Shown: positions 32,858-43,182, counted from the stretch's first letter. The stretch: 64,000 nt of DNA from an uncultured Bdellovibrionales bacterium (GCA_964594215.1 CAZQLN010000004.1:862-64861), one strand, 5' to 3'. Translations and numbers: made by a program. Notes: generated from the sequence alone by a model not told the origin.

Positions 32858-32880
32858 ATATTGTAACGGAGATATTTAAA

Positions 32881-34290
32881 TTACATTTTTTCTAACCACT
32901 CCACTAAGAGTCTTACTGGAGAACCTTTCGCCCCTTTAGCAAGATGTTCATCAAACACGCTGGTCATTGTTGGTGCCATATCAAGATGGACAAACCAATC
33001 GTATGACTTCCCAAAGTGATAGAGGAAAGTAGCAGCTGTAATAGCACCTCCTACTCCATCACGCCCCTTAGTACGGACATTAGAGATGTCGGCGACATTA
33101 CCCACAATCTCACTTTCATATTCTTCCCACAAAGGAAGTCTCCAAGCCAGATCACCAGTCATTTCTCCGGCCCTCAAGATCTTCTCTGCCTGTACATCAT
33201 CCCGAGTGAAGAGAGCAGTGGCTCGCTCACCTAAAGCTACTCCAGCCGCCCCAGTAAGCGTAGCGACGTCCAATACACCGGCCGGCTTGAAGCGCTTAGC
33301 ATAAGTGATGGCATCACCTAAAATCAACCTGCCTTCAGCGTCGGTATGACCTATCTCTACGGTCGTACCATCAAGCATGTTAACCACATCTCCTGGACGA
33401 AAACTCTCCCCTCCCGGCATATTCTCTACTGCTGGTACTAACGCAACTAAGTTGCGTTTTATTCCCAGACGCGCACTAATCAAAATCGTAGCTAAGACTG
33501 CCCCTCCTCCACTCATATCCATCATCATATCAAGTGCGTACGGATGCGGTTTAGTATCGATACCACCGCTATCAAAAGTTACCCCTTTACCAACAAGCGC
33601 TATTGGCGCCTCACTTTTTCTACCTCCTCGATAAACGAGCTCAATAAACTGAGATTCTTCTTTACTTCCTTTTCCTACTGCCATCACGCCACCCATTCCT
33701 AAACGCTCAATTTCTTTTTGACCAAGTATTTTGAGTGAGAGCTTATTATTTTTGGCTTTTGCTACTGCGCGTTTCACTTCCCGGGCCAGAAGCTTAGGAG
33801 TCATGTCATTACCCGGAATGTTCGCCAGTGTACGATACCAGTTCATATATTCCCCCCGTACCACTCCTGTTTGTATACCCTGCTTCACTGAAGAGATACT
33901 TTCAGCATCTACCAGAACAATTACCTGACTAAGTCCTTGATAACTTTTCTTTTCCTTCTTCTTGTACTGAGTAAATTCATAACTGGCAAGTAGTAGATTT
34001 TCACTTACTAAAAGGGCGAGAGTTTCTGAAGAATCTTTTCTGAGGACTGGAAAGTTTGTGAGGCTACTCCAATCCAAAACCACCCGAGATACATGATGTT
34101 TCTTCGCCAAAGTCACTACTTCTCGCACCAAAAGAAACCACTTTCTTCGTGATAATTCTTTACGCTTTGTTATTTTGATTACAAGCTCTGACCTGTTATT
34201 TTTCTCTCGAAAAAAAGAGGCGTGGATAGTCTCATCAAATATCACCCGGACAGCGTCCTTGTGAGCGACCTTCTCTACCGTAATTTTCAT
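32881..34290 (-). CDS. pepA: Leucyl aminopeptidase (M17)
   Basis: NTDAEGRL-type motif HTDAEGRLILGDAITYA. Confidence 0.8.
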   Translation of the reverse strand: MKITVEKVAHKDAVRVIFDETIHASFFREKNNRSELVIKITKRKELSRRKWFLLVREVVTLAKKHHVSRVVLDWSSLTNFPVLRKDSSETLALLVSENLLLASYEFTQYKKKEKKSYQGLSQVIVLVDAESISSVKQGIQTGVVRGEYMNWYRTLANIPGNDMTPKLLAREVKRAVAKAKNNKLSLKILGQKEIERLGMGGVMAVGKGSKEESQFIELVYRGGRKSEAPIALVGKGVTFDSGGIDTKPHPYALDMMMDMSGGGAVLATILISARLGIKRNLVALVPAVENMPGGESFRPGDVVNMLDGTTVEIGHTDAEGRLILGDAITYAKRFKPAGVLDVATLTGAAGVALGERATALFTRDDVQAEKILRAGEMTGDLAWRLPLWEEYESEIVGNVADISNVRTKGRDGVGGAITAATFLYHFGKSYDWFVHLDMAPTMTSVFDEHLAKGAKGSPVRLLVEWLEKM

Positions 34291-34300
34291 GTTCTTAGTT

Positions 34301-35734
34301 TTACAGTTTAGCGGCCAGAAAGTCTTGTAGTTCTGTTATTTTTATTCTTGTTTGTTCCATCGTATCGCGATCGCGTACGGTAACCGTGTCATCCTCGAGA
34401 GTATCGAAATCAACGGTAATACAGAACGGTGTACCAATTTCATCCTGTCTACGATAGCGCTTACCCACATTACCATTATCATCAAACTCGACACGGAAGT
34501 TTCGACGAAGTGCTTCATGGACTTCCCGAGCCTTTCCTACAAGCTCTTCCTTATTCTTCATCAAAGGAAACACCGCTACCTGCACAGGGGCAAGTCTATT
34601 TGGAAATTTGAGCACTGTTCTGATATCTCCTTCCGCTACCTTCTCTTCAGTATAAGCGTCACACAAAACTGCTAAAAAGGTACGGTCAAGTCCTACAGAA
34701 GTCTCTACCACATGGGGCATATATTTCTCACTTGTCTGCGGGTCTCGATACGAGAGATCAACGCCTGAAAATTCTGAGTGTTGGGTCAAATCATAATCTC
34801 CACGATTATGCACTCCCTCTAATTCCTTAAAACCGAATGGATACCGATATTCGATGTCCCAGGCTGCCTTGGCATAGAAAACGAGATTCTCATGCTCATG
34901 CCACTTTAGGTTTTCTTTTTTGATTCCAAGGTCGAGATAATACTGCATCCGTTTCTCTCGCCAGAGGTCATAGGCTTTTGTAGCTTCATCTGGATGGACG
35001 AAATACTGCATCTCCATTTGCTCAAACTCACGTTTGCGAAAAATAAACTGACGCGCGGTGATTTCATTCCGGAAGGCTTTGCCAATCTGAGCAATACCAA
35101 AAGGTATTTTGACGCGACTGGAATCAAGAACATTCTTGAAATTGATATAAATCCCCTGACAGGTCTCTCCACGAAGATAGACTGGATTTTCACCACTGCC
35201 GGTGAAATCTCCCAGATTAGACTCTACTAATAAATTGAAATTCTTAGCCTGACTCCAGGTACTCTTGCCACACTTAGGGCATTTGATATTTTTTTTGTGT
35301 TCATCAAAAAGTTTATTGATTGCATCCTCAGACATTTTCTCATCGGCCATTATACCCACTTCTTCTAAAAGATGGTCAACGCGCAAGCGGGACTGACAAC
35401 TCTTACATTCTGCCAACGGATCACTAAAACCTCCAACGTGACCTGAGGCTTCCCAAACTTTAGGATGCATGAAAATAGCGCTATCAAGACCAACAATATT
35501 GTCGTGATCACGAACCATAGCAGTCCACCACGCCTCACGAATATTCTTAGCCAGCTCTACTCCATACGGACCAAAATCATAAACAGCTGCAAAGCCACCA
35601 TAAATCTCAGATGATGGGAAGACAAAGCCTCGTCTCTTAGCCAAAGACACTATTTTTTCCATTGTCACTTCGGTTTTTTGGTCAGACATGGTATTGACAA
35701 AACGAATAATTGAGGCTACCGTTACATCGTACAT
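34301..35734 (-). CDS. glyQS: Glycyl-tRNA synthetase, dimeric class II type
   Basis: RGFVFPSSEIYGG motif, class II motifs. 477 aa. Confidence 0.85.
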   Translation of the reverse strand: MYDVTVASIIRFVNTMSDQKTEVTMEKIVSLAKRRGFVFPSSEIYGGFAAVYDFGPYGVELAKNIREAWWTAMVRDHDNIVGLDSAIFMHPKVWEASGHVGGFSDPLAECKSCQSRLRVDHLLEEVGIMADEKMSEDAINKLFDEHKKNIKCPKCGKSTWSQAKNFNLLVESNLGDFTGSGENPVYLRGETCQGIYINFKNVLDSSRVKIPFGIAQIGKAFRNEITARQFIFRKREFEQMEMQYFVHPDEATKAYDLWREKRMQYYLDLGIKKENLKWHEHENLVFYAKAAWDIEYRYPFGFKELEGVHNRGDYDLTQHSEFSGVDLSYRDPQTSEKYMPHVVETSVGLDRTFLAVLCDAYTEEKVAEGDIRTVLKFPNRLAPVQVAVFPLMKNKEELVGKAREVHEALRRNFRVEFDDNGNVGKRYRRQDEIGTPFCITVDFDTLEDDTVTVRDRDTMEQTRIKITELQDFLAAKL

Positions 35735-35798
35735 TTTAGCCTATTTATAGGCAGTATAGCGTTAATACTGCTCTTTTTCAAGCACAGGGAGATATATC

Positions 35799-35999
35799 GT
35801 GAGTACCTCAGAAACTCGCAAAGAAGCTGTCGTTCTGGCTGATAAAATCAACCAAAATGGCGGCCTTACGAAGCGAAGCGGCAAAGAACGGCAACACCCT
35901 GTTGCTCACCCCGACGTACTTGTTTCTGGTTCTTCTCCAGAAACTCGTCAACTTCGGGCAATTCAAGAAAATCAAATCCGGGAACGTAGATCCTGGTAG
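35799..35999 (+). CDS. Small basic hypothetical protein of 66 aa. GTG start with AGGGAG SD 7 nt upstream.
   Basis: Good RBS. Sits in the glyQS-tgt intergenic region and is followed by a hairpin terminator. Confidence 0.3.
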   Translation: MSTSETRKEAVVLADKINQNGGLTKRSGKERQHPVAHPDVLVSGSSPETRQLRAIQENQIRERRSW

Positions 36000-36017
36000 C
36001 CTTCATTAATATTAAAG

Positions 36018-36058
36018 GCTCTAAAAAAGCGGTGACTGGAGAAACATCCGACACCGCT
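36018..36058. terminator. Bidirectional hairpin terminator (AAAGCGGTG-loop-CACCGCTTT flanked by T/A runs)
   Basis: 9-bp stem between convergent genes (small ORF +, tgt -). Confidence 0.45.
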
Positions 36059-36064
36059 TTTTAA

Positions 36065-37189
36065 CTACTCTTTTCGTAACTTTTCCATCAGCCGGAGATA
36101 GAAGCGCAAATTGTGAACTGAAGCTAAACGACCAGCCAGTGGTTCGCCAACCGCAAAGAGGTGGCGCAGATAACTCTTAGTGTAACGCGTGCAGAGCGTA
36201 CAATCACAAGTCACATCTACGGGTGAAAAGTCCTCGATGAATTGTTCGTTTTTGATATTGATTGTCTCGTAAAACTCCCCTTCTGGATCAAGAGTTTCTT
36301 TTTTATATACAAACAATCGTCCATGACGACCTTCTCGGGTAGGTATCACACAGTCGAACATATCGACACCAGCCTCCACTGCACGAACAACTTCTTCTGG
36401 CCGTCCCAAGCCCATAAGATAACGCGGTTTGTCATCAGGCAGAAATGGCAAAGTCCAAGCTAACACATCTCCAAGAGTTTCTCGTGGTTCACCAACTGCT
36501 ACTCCACCAATAGCATACCCATCAAAATCTAACTCCAATAATTGCCTGGCACTTTCTTGACGTAGGTCTTCATAGATAGATCCCTGCACAATACCAAACA
36601 AGAGTGGTCGTTTGGAAATTTCTACACCATGCATCTTTGTATCAAAGTACTCTTTGGCATGCTTAGCCCAGCGAGTTGTTCGTTCAAGCGATGCCTTGGC
36701 ATACTCACGAGTACAGGGATAGGGAGGACATTCGTCTAAAACCATGATGATATCTGAGCCCAAATTGAGTTGGATATCGATAGAAATTTCTGGTGAAAGA
36801 AAATATTTCTTGCCATTCGTGGGATCAGCAAACTCTACCCCCTCCTCACTAATTTTGACTCCATTAATACCAAACCGCTCTGCGGCTCGAGCACCCAGAG
36901 AAAAAACTTGGAATCCCCCTGAGTCAGTAAGAATAGATCCATTCCAGTCCATCATCTTATGCAGTCCTCCTGCCTTAGCCACCAGTTCATCTCCTGGTCT
37001 GAGCCAGAGATGATAGGTATTGCCTAAGATGACTTCTGCCCCAAGGGCTCCGACCTCAGAGGGCAATAAATGCTTCACGGCACCTTTGGTAGCAATAGGC
37101 ATAAAAACCGGAGTTTTGATAACTCCGGATTTGGTGACAAGTGTACCCACTCGTTTACTTTTATCTTCTCTTATTTTTTGCCAACTCAT
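36065..37189 (-). CDS. tgt: Queuine tRNA-ribosyltransferase
   Basis: LGNTYHL motif. C-terminal zinc site CDC..C...H. Confidence 0.9.
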   Translation of the reverse strand: MSWQKIREDKSKRVGTLVTKSGVIKTPVFMPIATKGAVKHLLPSEVGALGAEVILGNTYHLWLRPGDELVAKAGGLHKMMDWNGSILTDSGGFQVFSLGARAAERFGINGVKISEEGVEFADPTNGKKYFLSPEISIDIQLNLGSDIIMVLDECPPYPCTREYAKASLERTTRWAKHAKEYFDTKMHGVEISKRPLLFGIVQGSIYEDLRQESARQLLELDFDGYAIGGVAVGEPRETLGDVLAWTLPFLPDDKPRYLMGLGRPEEVVRAVEAGVDMFDCVIPTREGRHGRLFVYKKETLDPEGEFYETINIKNEQFIEDFSPVDVTCDCTLCTRYTKSYLRHLFAVGEPLAGRLASVHNLRFYLRLMEKLRKE

Positions 37190-37192
37190 ATC

Positions 37193-39175
37193 TTAGGGTG
37201 TTGCTTTTACGAAACCACTCTGCTCAGTTACACTCTTATCTTGCTCTAGATAGTTTGTAACCTTTGCGCGCTCCGTAATGACTTCTTTTTTAGTGAAACT
37301 TTCCTTAGCTTCGAATGTAGCTGTTTTGACTAACTCCACATCTTTACCTACCTGACTCTGATTAGGCGTAATAGCTACCTGAAATTGAAACTCCTTCTCT
37401 TTGCCTGAGGATAAAATACCTACCTCCCAAACAAGTTCATTGGTGCGCGCCTTCCATTCTACGGTTTCTCCATTAGGGTAGGACTTTTCTTTATACACGA
37501 CTCCGCTCGGAAGGACAAATGTTATGCGGGCTTGAGAAAGGTCGTTTGAAGAACTTGCTACCTTGGTACGAATAGTATAGGTAGTCTCACTCCCTACTAC
37601 TGGCGGTAATGGTCCGGTATTAGCTATATGGTCACCGCTGAAAAACGGCGACACCTGAAGCGCCACCAGGGCACCTACTTTGACCTGAAGGAGGTTGCTT
37701 GCAATAGTTTTATTACCAGTCAAGGTACTCTTGACATCAGGGCTATCGATAGTAGCTACTGACTTAATAGCAATGTTTTTAGGATTAGCATTAGCCGGAA
37801 ATTCTTTCACCACTGGTACGGTAAATGAAATCTTTCCTGACTGTCCAGGTTCGAGACGGGCCAAAGCTGGAATATCCGCAGCTTTCCAAGTAATTTTTTT
37901 CGTGTTTTGGTCATAAAAACCCTGACTCAGCTGAAGATTGGCAATATCTAGATAGGCCGTATCAAGCGCGAGAGTCACTATTACATCGCGCATACCGAGT
38001 GCTGATTCGTTCTTATACTCAATCTCATAATTCAACATGTCGCCTGGATTAGCAACGAGCTCATTATTGCCGTTTACCAACTGAGAGATGGTAAGTGGTG
38101 TGGCAATCATTTGCGTTCGCTTCTCTACCATGTTGTAGGTAAAGAGTGAGTTGTCACCCTGAAGAATACCAATAGTAGCCGAAAATGTTTTGGCCGTATC
38201 GCGAGCGCCTCCAAGACTACCATGAATCACTATCTTGCCATTCTGATTCGGTTTCAACTCAGGGAGGAGCCATGTATTATTACTCTCACTTGGCACTATA
38301 TCAGATGACAAGTACTGAAAACCTTCTGGATATTTGGCAACCACACGAAGGTTACGAAAGGTTTCTGGACTCCTATTCTCATACGTCACAACATAGTCGA
38401 GCTCTTGACCAGGAGCCACCTCACCAGGGGCGCTGACTTCAAAGAGGAGGGGTGAAGTGGCCAGAACCACCTGAAAGTTCGCTTTGGTATCAAACTGACT
38501 GCTCGTGCTTTTTGGTGTATAGCGAAGTGTGGCTTCGAAGTTTGCCTTCTCACCCTTGCCTCCATAAAACTTACCACTAATAGTAAATTTCTTGTTTGCA
38601 CCTCTCGCCAATCCGCCCACTGGTATTTCTACTCGCTTACCAGCCATTTTCATTTCTGGAGTCATTTCAATCTGGAAGGTATCGGGCAGAGCTATAGTCA
38701 GCGTAGTTTTCTCTATCTCATTCCAACTATTATTGGCATATGTCAGGTCAAAAGAGACTCGCTCAGCACTCGCTACACTCGCTGGTCCACTGATAAAAAT
38801 ACTAACGGCACTCTGACGCTTGAGATACGTGTATCCCGCAAAACTCGCTCCCCCCAAAACAAGTAAGGCAACTAGAGAACCTATAACAATATAGAGCTTT
38901 TTCAGCCTGGCTTTCTTAACATCAGGGCTGACTAGATAGATTTCTTGTTTAGGAGCTATCTGCCACTCTTCTTTTTTTTGAAAGGCTTGCTTTTCTTGGT
39001 CAATTTCTTCTTGAGTATGCTCTTCGTGCACAGCTAAACGTGCCTTATCTAGGTGAGTATCACGACTATGGAGTTGTTCATTTAAATCTTCGAGACTCAT
39101 ATGAGGTATATTTGTTTTGACTACCTCTATACTAGCAAAATTGAGAGATGAAAGAAACGCTAGTGAGCTATCCAA
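37193..39175 (-). CDS. Membrane-anchored surface protein with DUF11/CARDB-like conserved repeat domains
   Basis: One TM (LYIVIGSLVALLVLGG) followed by repeated beta-sandwich-like segments (PGQELDYVVTYENRS..., PGDMLNYEIEYKNES...). Confidence 0.4.
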   Translation of the reverse strand: MDSSLAFLSSLNFASIEVVKTNIPHMSLEDLNEQLHSRDTHLDKARLAVHEEHTQEEIDQEKQAFQKKEEWQIAPKQEIYLVSPDVKKARLKKLYIVIGSLVALLVLGGASFAGYTYLKRQSAVSIFISGPASVASAERVSFDLTYANNSWNEIEKTTLTIALPDTFQIEMTPEMKMAGKRVEIPVGGLARGANKKFTISGKFYGGKGEKANFEATLRYTPKSTSSQFDTKANFQVVLATSPLLFEVSAPGEVAPGQELDYVVTYENRSPETFRNLRVVAKYPEGFQYLSSDIVPSESNNTWLLPELKPNQNGKIVIHGSLGGARDTAKTFSATIGILQGDNSLFTYNMVEKRTQMIATPLTISQLVNGNNELVANPGDMLNYEIEYKNESALGMRDVIVTLALDTAYLDIANLQLSQGFYDQNTKKITWKAADIPALARLEPGQSGKISFTVPVVKEFPANANPKNIAIKSVATIDSPDVKSTLTGNKTIASNLLQVKVGALVALQVSPFFSGDHIANTGPLPPVVGSETTYTIRTKVASSSNDLSQARITFVLPSGVVYKEKSYPNGETVEWKARTNELVWEVGILSSGKEKEFQFQVAITPNQSQVGKDVELVKTATFEAKESFTKKEVITERAKVTNYLEQDKSVTEQSGFVKATP

Positions 39176-39882
39176 TCAGCGAAACGACGAGTGACCATCT
39201 CAAGCTCACGCATGTCTTGTTCATTAACTTGGATTTTCATGCAAGGACGAAGATCATTAGTAGCAAACAGACGCATAAGTTTGATGGTATTTTCCTGGAT
39301 ATAGAAGCTCTCTTTGAATTCCCGTGACTCTGCTTCGGTGAGTACTCCACCAGCTTTTGGACTGAAAAAATGTCTTTCGCCAGTTCTCAGTTTCACACCT
39401 GACTGAACTGATATGTGCGTCTCGATATGATACCCGAGATGACTAAACAACTGGAATAAAAATACTTGTGAGAGCAGTCGTACCCGCTCAGTCTTTTTTT
39501 CTTTAGCAAGCTCATCGGCCTGTATGAGGTATTTTTTAGTCAGAGTGAAAAGAGCTTCATCTGGTTCTTCCATATCAACAAATTTCTCAAGAATACTGAG
39601 ACATTGAGAAACCAAAAGGAGAACCTCGTACTGCTCCCGTAATGCAGCGAAGACATCTTCCGCTACCGCCGAAGATACTCTTCCCATGCCCTTGGTTTTG
39701 TTGATGATGATGAGAGCTAAGCTCAAATTCTCAAGCTGACCAGCCAGTTTAGCTTCGGGCTTACGTACCCCCTTAGCCATTACTCTGATTTTCCCCTGTT
39801 CTTGAGTATAAAGCGTATACAGGCGGTCAGTTTCACCTACCTCTTTTTTGCCTAATACTATCGAATTATAACGATATTCCAT
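39160..39882 (-). CDS. recO: DNA repair protein RecO
   Basis: N-terminal OB-fold pattern (IVLGKKEVGETDRLYTLYTQEQGKIRVMAKGVRK), typical of RecO. Confidence 0.7.
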   Translation of the reverse strand: MEYRYNSIVLGKKEVGETDRLYTLYTQEQGKIRVMAKGVRKPEAKLAGQLENLSLALIIINKTKGMGRVSSAVAEDVFAALREQYEVLLLVSQCLSILEKFVDMEEPDEALFTLTKKYLIQADELAKEKKTERVRLLSQVFLFQLFSHLGYHIETHISVQSGVKLRTGERHFFSPKAGGVLTEAESREFKESFYIQENTIKLMRLFATNDLRPCMKIQVNEQDMRELEMVTRRFADWIAH

Positions 39883-39885
39883 GAC

Positions 39886-42870
39886 TTAGCTACGTTTGAG
39901 CCAAAAAGTGAACTTCTCGCCTTCAATGTCGACTGTTTGAGTGTATTCAGCATCAGCTAATTCTTGATTATTCACACCACCGTTAGCAAGCACTTCTCCC
40001 GAAATATCATCTTGATGCACTGCAAATACCTCTTCCTTACCACTGTATCCTAGAACGATACGGTCTTCCACATTAAACAGAGCCTTCTTACGTCCCTCCT
40101 GAATAGCTCGAATGATTTCTCGAGCCTCACCTTCAAGTCTGAGTTTTGCAGTGATCTCTGTACCTAGAGCAATAGGTCCTTCTCGATAGTCTTTAACATT
40201 GAGTTCCTCTTTGACGATATCCTGAAATACCTCTTCGATCTTCGGACCAACCATATACTCAAGCGGCTGACGTACCTTTATTTTTGCATCTGTTCTAAAT
40301 TGCAAACCCCTAGTGATAATTTCTCGAGTAAGAATCATCTGCTCAATGAGATCGGTATCTATCTCTGTATCTACCTTGGGCCACTCCGCAAGATGCACAG
40401 ATTCTTCACCAGTTAGGTTACGGTAGATTTCTTCGGAGATAAATGGAGTGAATGGTGCCATCAATCTGGAAAGATCTACAAGCACTGTATAGAGCGTTTC
40501 ATAAGCAGCGTATTTATCGCTATCATTTTCATTCTTCCAGAAGCGCTTACGGCTGCGACGAATATACCAATTAGAGAGATCATCTACAAATGGAGCGATG
40601 AGTCGCGCTGCTGATGCGGGTCGATAACTATCTAATTCCTCAGTCATATTTTGGATGAGGAGCTGCAGTTCAGATAATATCCACTTATCCAAAATATTAG
40701 TTGATAGACCGCGGCCTTCCGAAGACTTTGGCGTAGGAGACCAATTATCAATTGTTGCGTAGGTCGTGAAGAATGAATATGAGTTCCACAACATACGAAA
40801 AGTATTTCTCGTGATGCTACCCAGATCATTCTCGGAAAAAGAAAGATCTTCGGCAATCACTACCGGCGAACTAAGCACATAGAGACGTAAAGCATCGGCG
40901 CCATAGGTATCTATGGTCATCATTGGATCTGGATAGTTATTGAGCTTCTTACTCATCTTGCGGCCATCTTCCGCTAGTACTGTCCCATTGACTACGCAGT
41001 TTTCAAAAGCATTTATCCCCTTGAGAGCGGTTCCAAGCATATGAAGGTAGTAAAACCAGGCTCGCGTCTGGTCAAGCCCCTCTGCGATAAAATTAGCAGG
41101 ATATGTCTCAAGCTCCCCCTCACCCATGTAGTGTTTACTCGCATAGGGCATAGAACCACTATCAAACCATGTATCTAATACATCCGGGATGCGCTTCATA
41201 GTTTTTCCACAAGCACATGGAAAAGTGATTTTATCGACAATATGTTTATGGAGATCATCTACCATCACCCCACTCTTCTCCTTAAGTTCAGCTCGTGACC
41301 CAACCACGACCTGTTCTCCACACTCACAAACCCACAGCGGGATACAGCTCGCCCAGAAACGTTGGCGGCTAACTGACCAATCTCTGGCACCTTCAAGCCA
41401 CTTTCCGAATCTCCCATTTTTTATATGCTCTGGTGACCAATTAATTCCCCGAGCATTCTTGATAGCTAAGTCTTTGATTTTTTCTATGGCTACAAACCAG
41501 CTACTCGTCGCATAGTTAAGAAGTGGTGTATCACAACGCCAACAGTGCGGATAGCTGTGTTCGTACTTCTCCTTAGAAAAAAGCAGTCCCTTAGCTGCTA
41601 AAGACTTGATAATTTCAATATCAAAGGCTTGCGGATTCTCAATCGGCTTCACTTGTTGACCAGCAAACTCTTTGACTTCGTCCTTAATAGTTCCATCCAT
41701 GCGTACATGCTGGACCCAGGGAAGGTTGTAGAGTTTACCGAGGGCCATGTCATCCTCACCAAAAGCCGGAGCCTCATGAGCGATACCTGTCCCTATGTCC
41801 GTGGTCACGAAGTCGGCATGGTATATCTTCCACCCATTCTCTCCATTCTCAAGAGATTCATTTTTAGAGTAATCCTGAAACGGCGGGAGATAGGTTTTTC
41901 CGATAAGATGAATCCCTTTTAACTCTTCAATAATCTCATATGCGTATTCTAAATCTTTACCACTTTCTAAAACATACTCTAATTCTTCTTTCGAAAGAGA
42001 TCCTCCTCCTCTTTTAATGTATTCTTTCAACCTATCAAACGCTAAAATAACAATCTCTGGAGTACAATCAACCCTAGATTCCGTACTATTTGGTTCATAC
42101 AACCTCTCACCTTGTTTCGTTCTAAAAAATTTAACTTTTGCATAGTTAATATCCTTCCCTACTGCCAAAGCAACATTACCTGGGAGTGTCCATGGAGTGG
42201 TCGTCCAAGCCAATAAATAGGTACCGGGCTCATCTACTAATTCAAACTTAGCAGTAACCGCCAAGTCCTTCACGTCTTTGTAGCCTTCGCTTACCTCTTG
42301 CTGTGATAGGGTTGTTTCACAGCGTGGACAGATATGCATGGTTCGATAACTCTCATAGACCAGATTCTTTTCCCAGAGTGACTTCCACACCCACCAGATA
42401 CTCTCCATATAGTCCACGTCCATGGTGTGATACGCATGCTCCATGTCGACAAACCGTCCGAAACGTCTCATCACCGTCTCCCAGTCCTTGGCATAAGAAA
42501 GCACCTTAGTGCGACAAAGATCATTGAACTTCTCGATACCAAAAGTCTCAATATCCTTCTTATTCTTAAACCCAAGCTCCTTCTCAACTATGTTTTCAAT
42601 AGGCAGCCCATGGCAATCCCAACCCCACTGACGTTCTACCTGATAGCCCTGCATGGTCTTGTAGCGAGGAAAGACATCCTTCACCAACCCTGGCACGAAG
42701 TGTCCGTAGTGGGGCAATCCAGTGGCAAATGGTGGTCCATCATAAAAACGATATTTCTCCTTCCCTTCACGGTTAGAAATAGATTTCTCAAAAATTTTCT
42801 CACTCTCCCAGTACTTCAAGATTTCTTCTTCAAGTTTCGGAAAGTTTACCTGTGATTCTACTTTTTTCAT
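39886..42870 (-). CDS. ileS: Isoleucyl-tRNA synthetase
   Basis: HYGH, KMSKK/KMSKS-like motifs. 994 aa. Confidence 0.9.
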   Translation of the reverse strand: MKKVESQVNFPKLEEEILKYWESEKIFEKSISNREGKEKYRFYDGPPFATGLPHYGHFVPGLVKDVFPRYKTMQGYQVERQWGWDCHGLPIENIVEKELGFKNKKDIETFGIEKFNDLCRTKVLSYAKDWETVMRRFGRFVDMEHAYHTMDVDYMESIWWVWKSLWEKNLVYESYRTMHICPRCETTLSQQEVSEGYKDVKDLAVTAKFELVDEPGTYLLAWTTTPWTLPGNVALAVGKDINYAKVKFFRTKQGERLYEPNSTESRVDCTPEIVILAFDRLKEYIKRGGGSLSKEELEYVLESGKDLEYAYEIIEELKGIHLIGKTYLPPFQDYSKNESLENGENGWKIYHADFVTTDIGTGIAHEAPAFGEDDMALGKLYNLPWVQHVRMDGTIKDEVKEFAGQQVKPIENPQAFDIEIIKSLAAKGLLFSKEKYEHSYPHCWRCDTPLLNYATSSWFVAIEKIKDLAIKNARGINWSPEHIKNGRFGKWLEGARDWSVSRQRFWASCIPLWVCECGEQVVVGSRAELKEKSGVMVDDLHKHIVDKITFPCACGKTMKRIPDVLDTWFDSGSMPYASKHYMGEGELETYPANFIAEGLDQTRAWFYYLHMLGTALKGINAFENCVVNGTVLAEDGRKMSKKLNNYPDPMMTIDTYGADALRLYVLSSPVVIAEDLSFSENDLGSITRNTFRMLWNSYSFFTTYATIDNWSPTPKSSEGRGLSTNILDKWILSELQLLIQNMTEELDSYRPASAARLIAPFVDDLSNWYIRRSRKRFWKNENDSDKYAAYETLYTVLVDLSRLMAPFTPFISEEIYRNLTGEESVHLAEWPKVDTEIDTDLIEQMILTREIITRGLQFRTDAKIKVRQPLEYMVGPKIEEVFQDIVKEELNVKDYREGPIALGTEITAKLRLEGEAREIIRAIQEGRKKALFNVEDRIVLGYSGKEEVFAVHQDDISGEVLANGGVNNQELADAEYTQTVDIEGEKFTFWLKRS

Positions 42871-42879
42871 ACTTCTGAA

Positions 42880-43140
42880 ATTAAAAAATCCTCAACGCAA
42901 AAGAATATGCGCTAAGGACGTTTAGAATCAACGTGGTACCACCTTAGTTCATCTGCCACTCAGGCAGACCTTCATTGTATGGCTATTACGGGCCTACCCG
43001 ATGAGTTCTACTGCCAGTCCGAAGTTCTAGGTATAGAATAAGCTGCTTCTTTTGGCTTTCTTCTCATGGCCTGTCTCGACACAGCACGTACGTGCTGGAC
43101 GGACTCCGAGGTGATGCCTGCCAAGTATTAGGCGGGGCCT
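42880..43140 (-). promoter_or_regulatory. T-box riboswitch-like leader of ileS. Contains an antiterminator T-box sequence and an intrinsic terminator.
   Basis: Minus-strand RNA contains ACUAAGGUGGUACCACG (plus 42931-42949), matching the T-box consensus AAUUAGGGUGGNACCGCG. Immediately 3' lies a terminator hairpin CCUUAGCGCA...UGCGUUGAGG plus U-run. An AUC Ile codon sits in an upstream loop candidate (CUCAUCGGG). The roughly 290-nt leader is GC-richer than its surroundings. Confidence 0.5.
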
Positions 43141-43182
43141 CTTCACTGCCTTTGTAAATCTATCTTAGCAACCCTTTGGCTA

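Noticed and set aside
42890-43180. tmRNA or RNase P RNA in the ileS upstream region, considered because of a TCGAC-like motif and an 'AKEYAL'-like reading
   Set aside because: It has no tRNA-like 3' end (GGTTCGAATCC...CCA) and no RNase P GGAAAGTCCGG or ACAGAACCCGGCTTA motifs. A bona fide tmRNA was found at 47897-48299. The region fits a T-box leader better.
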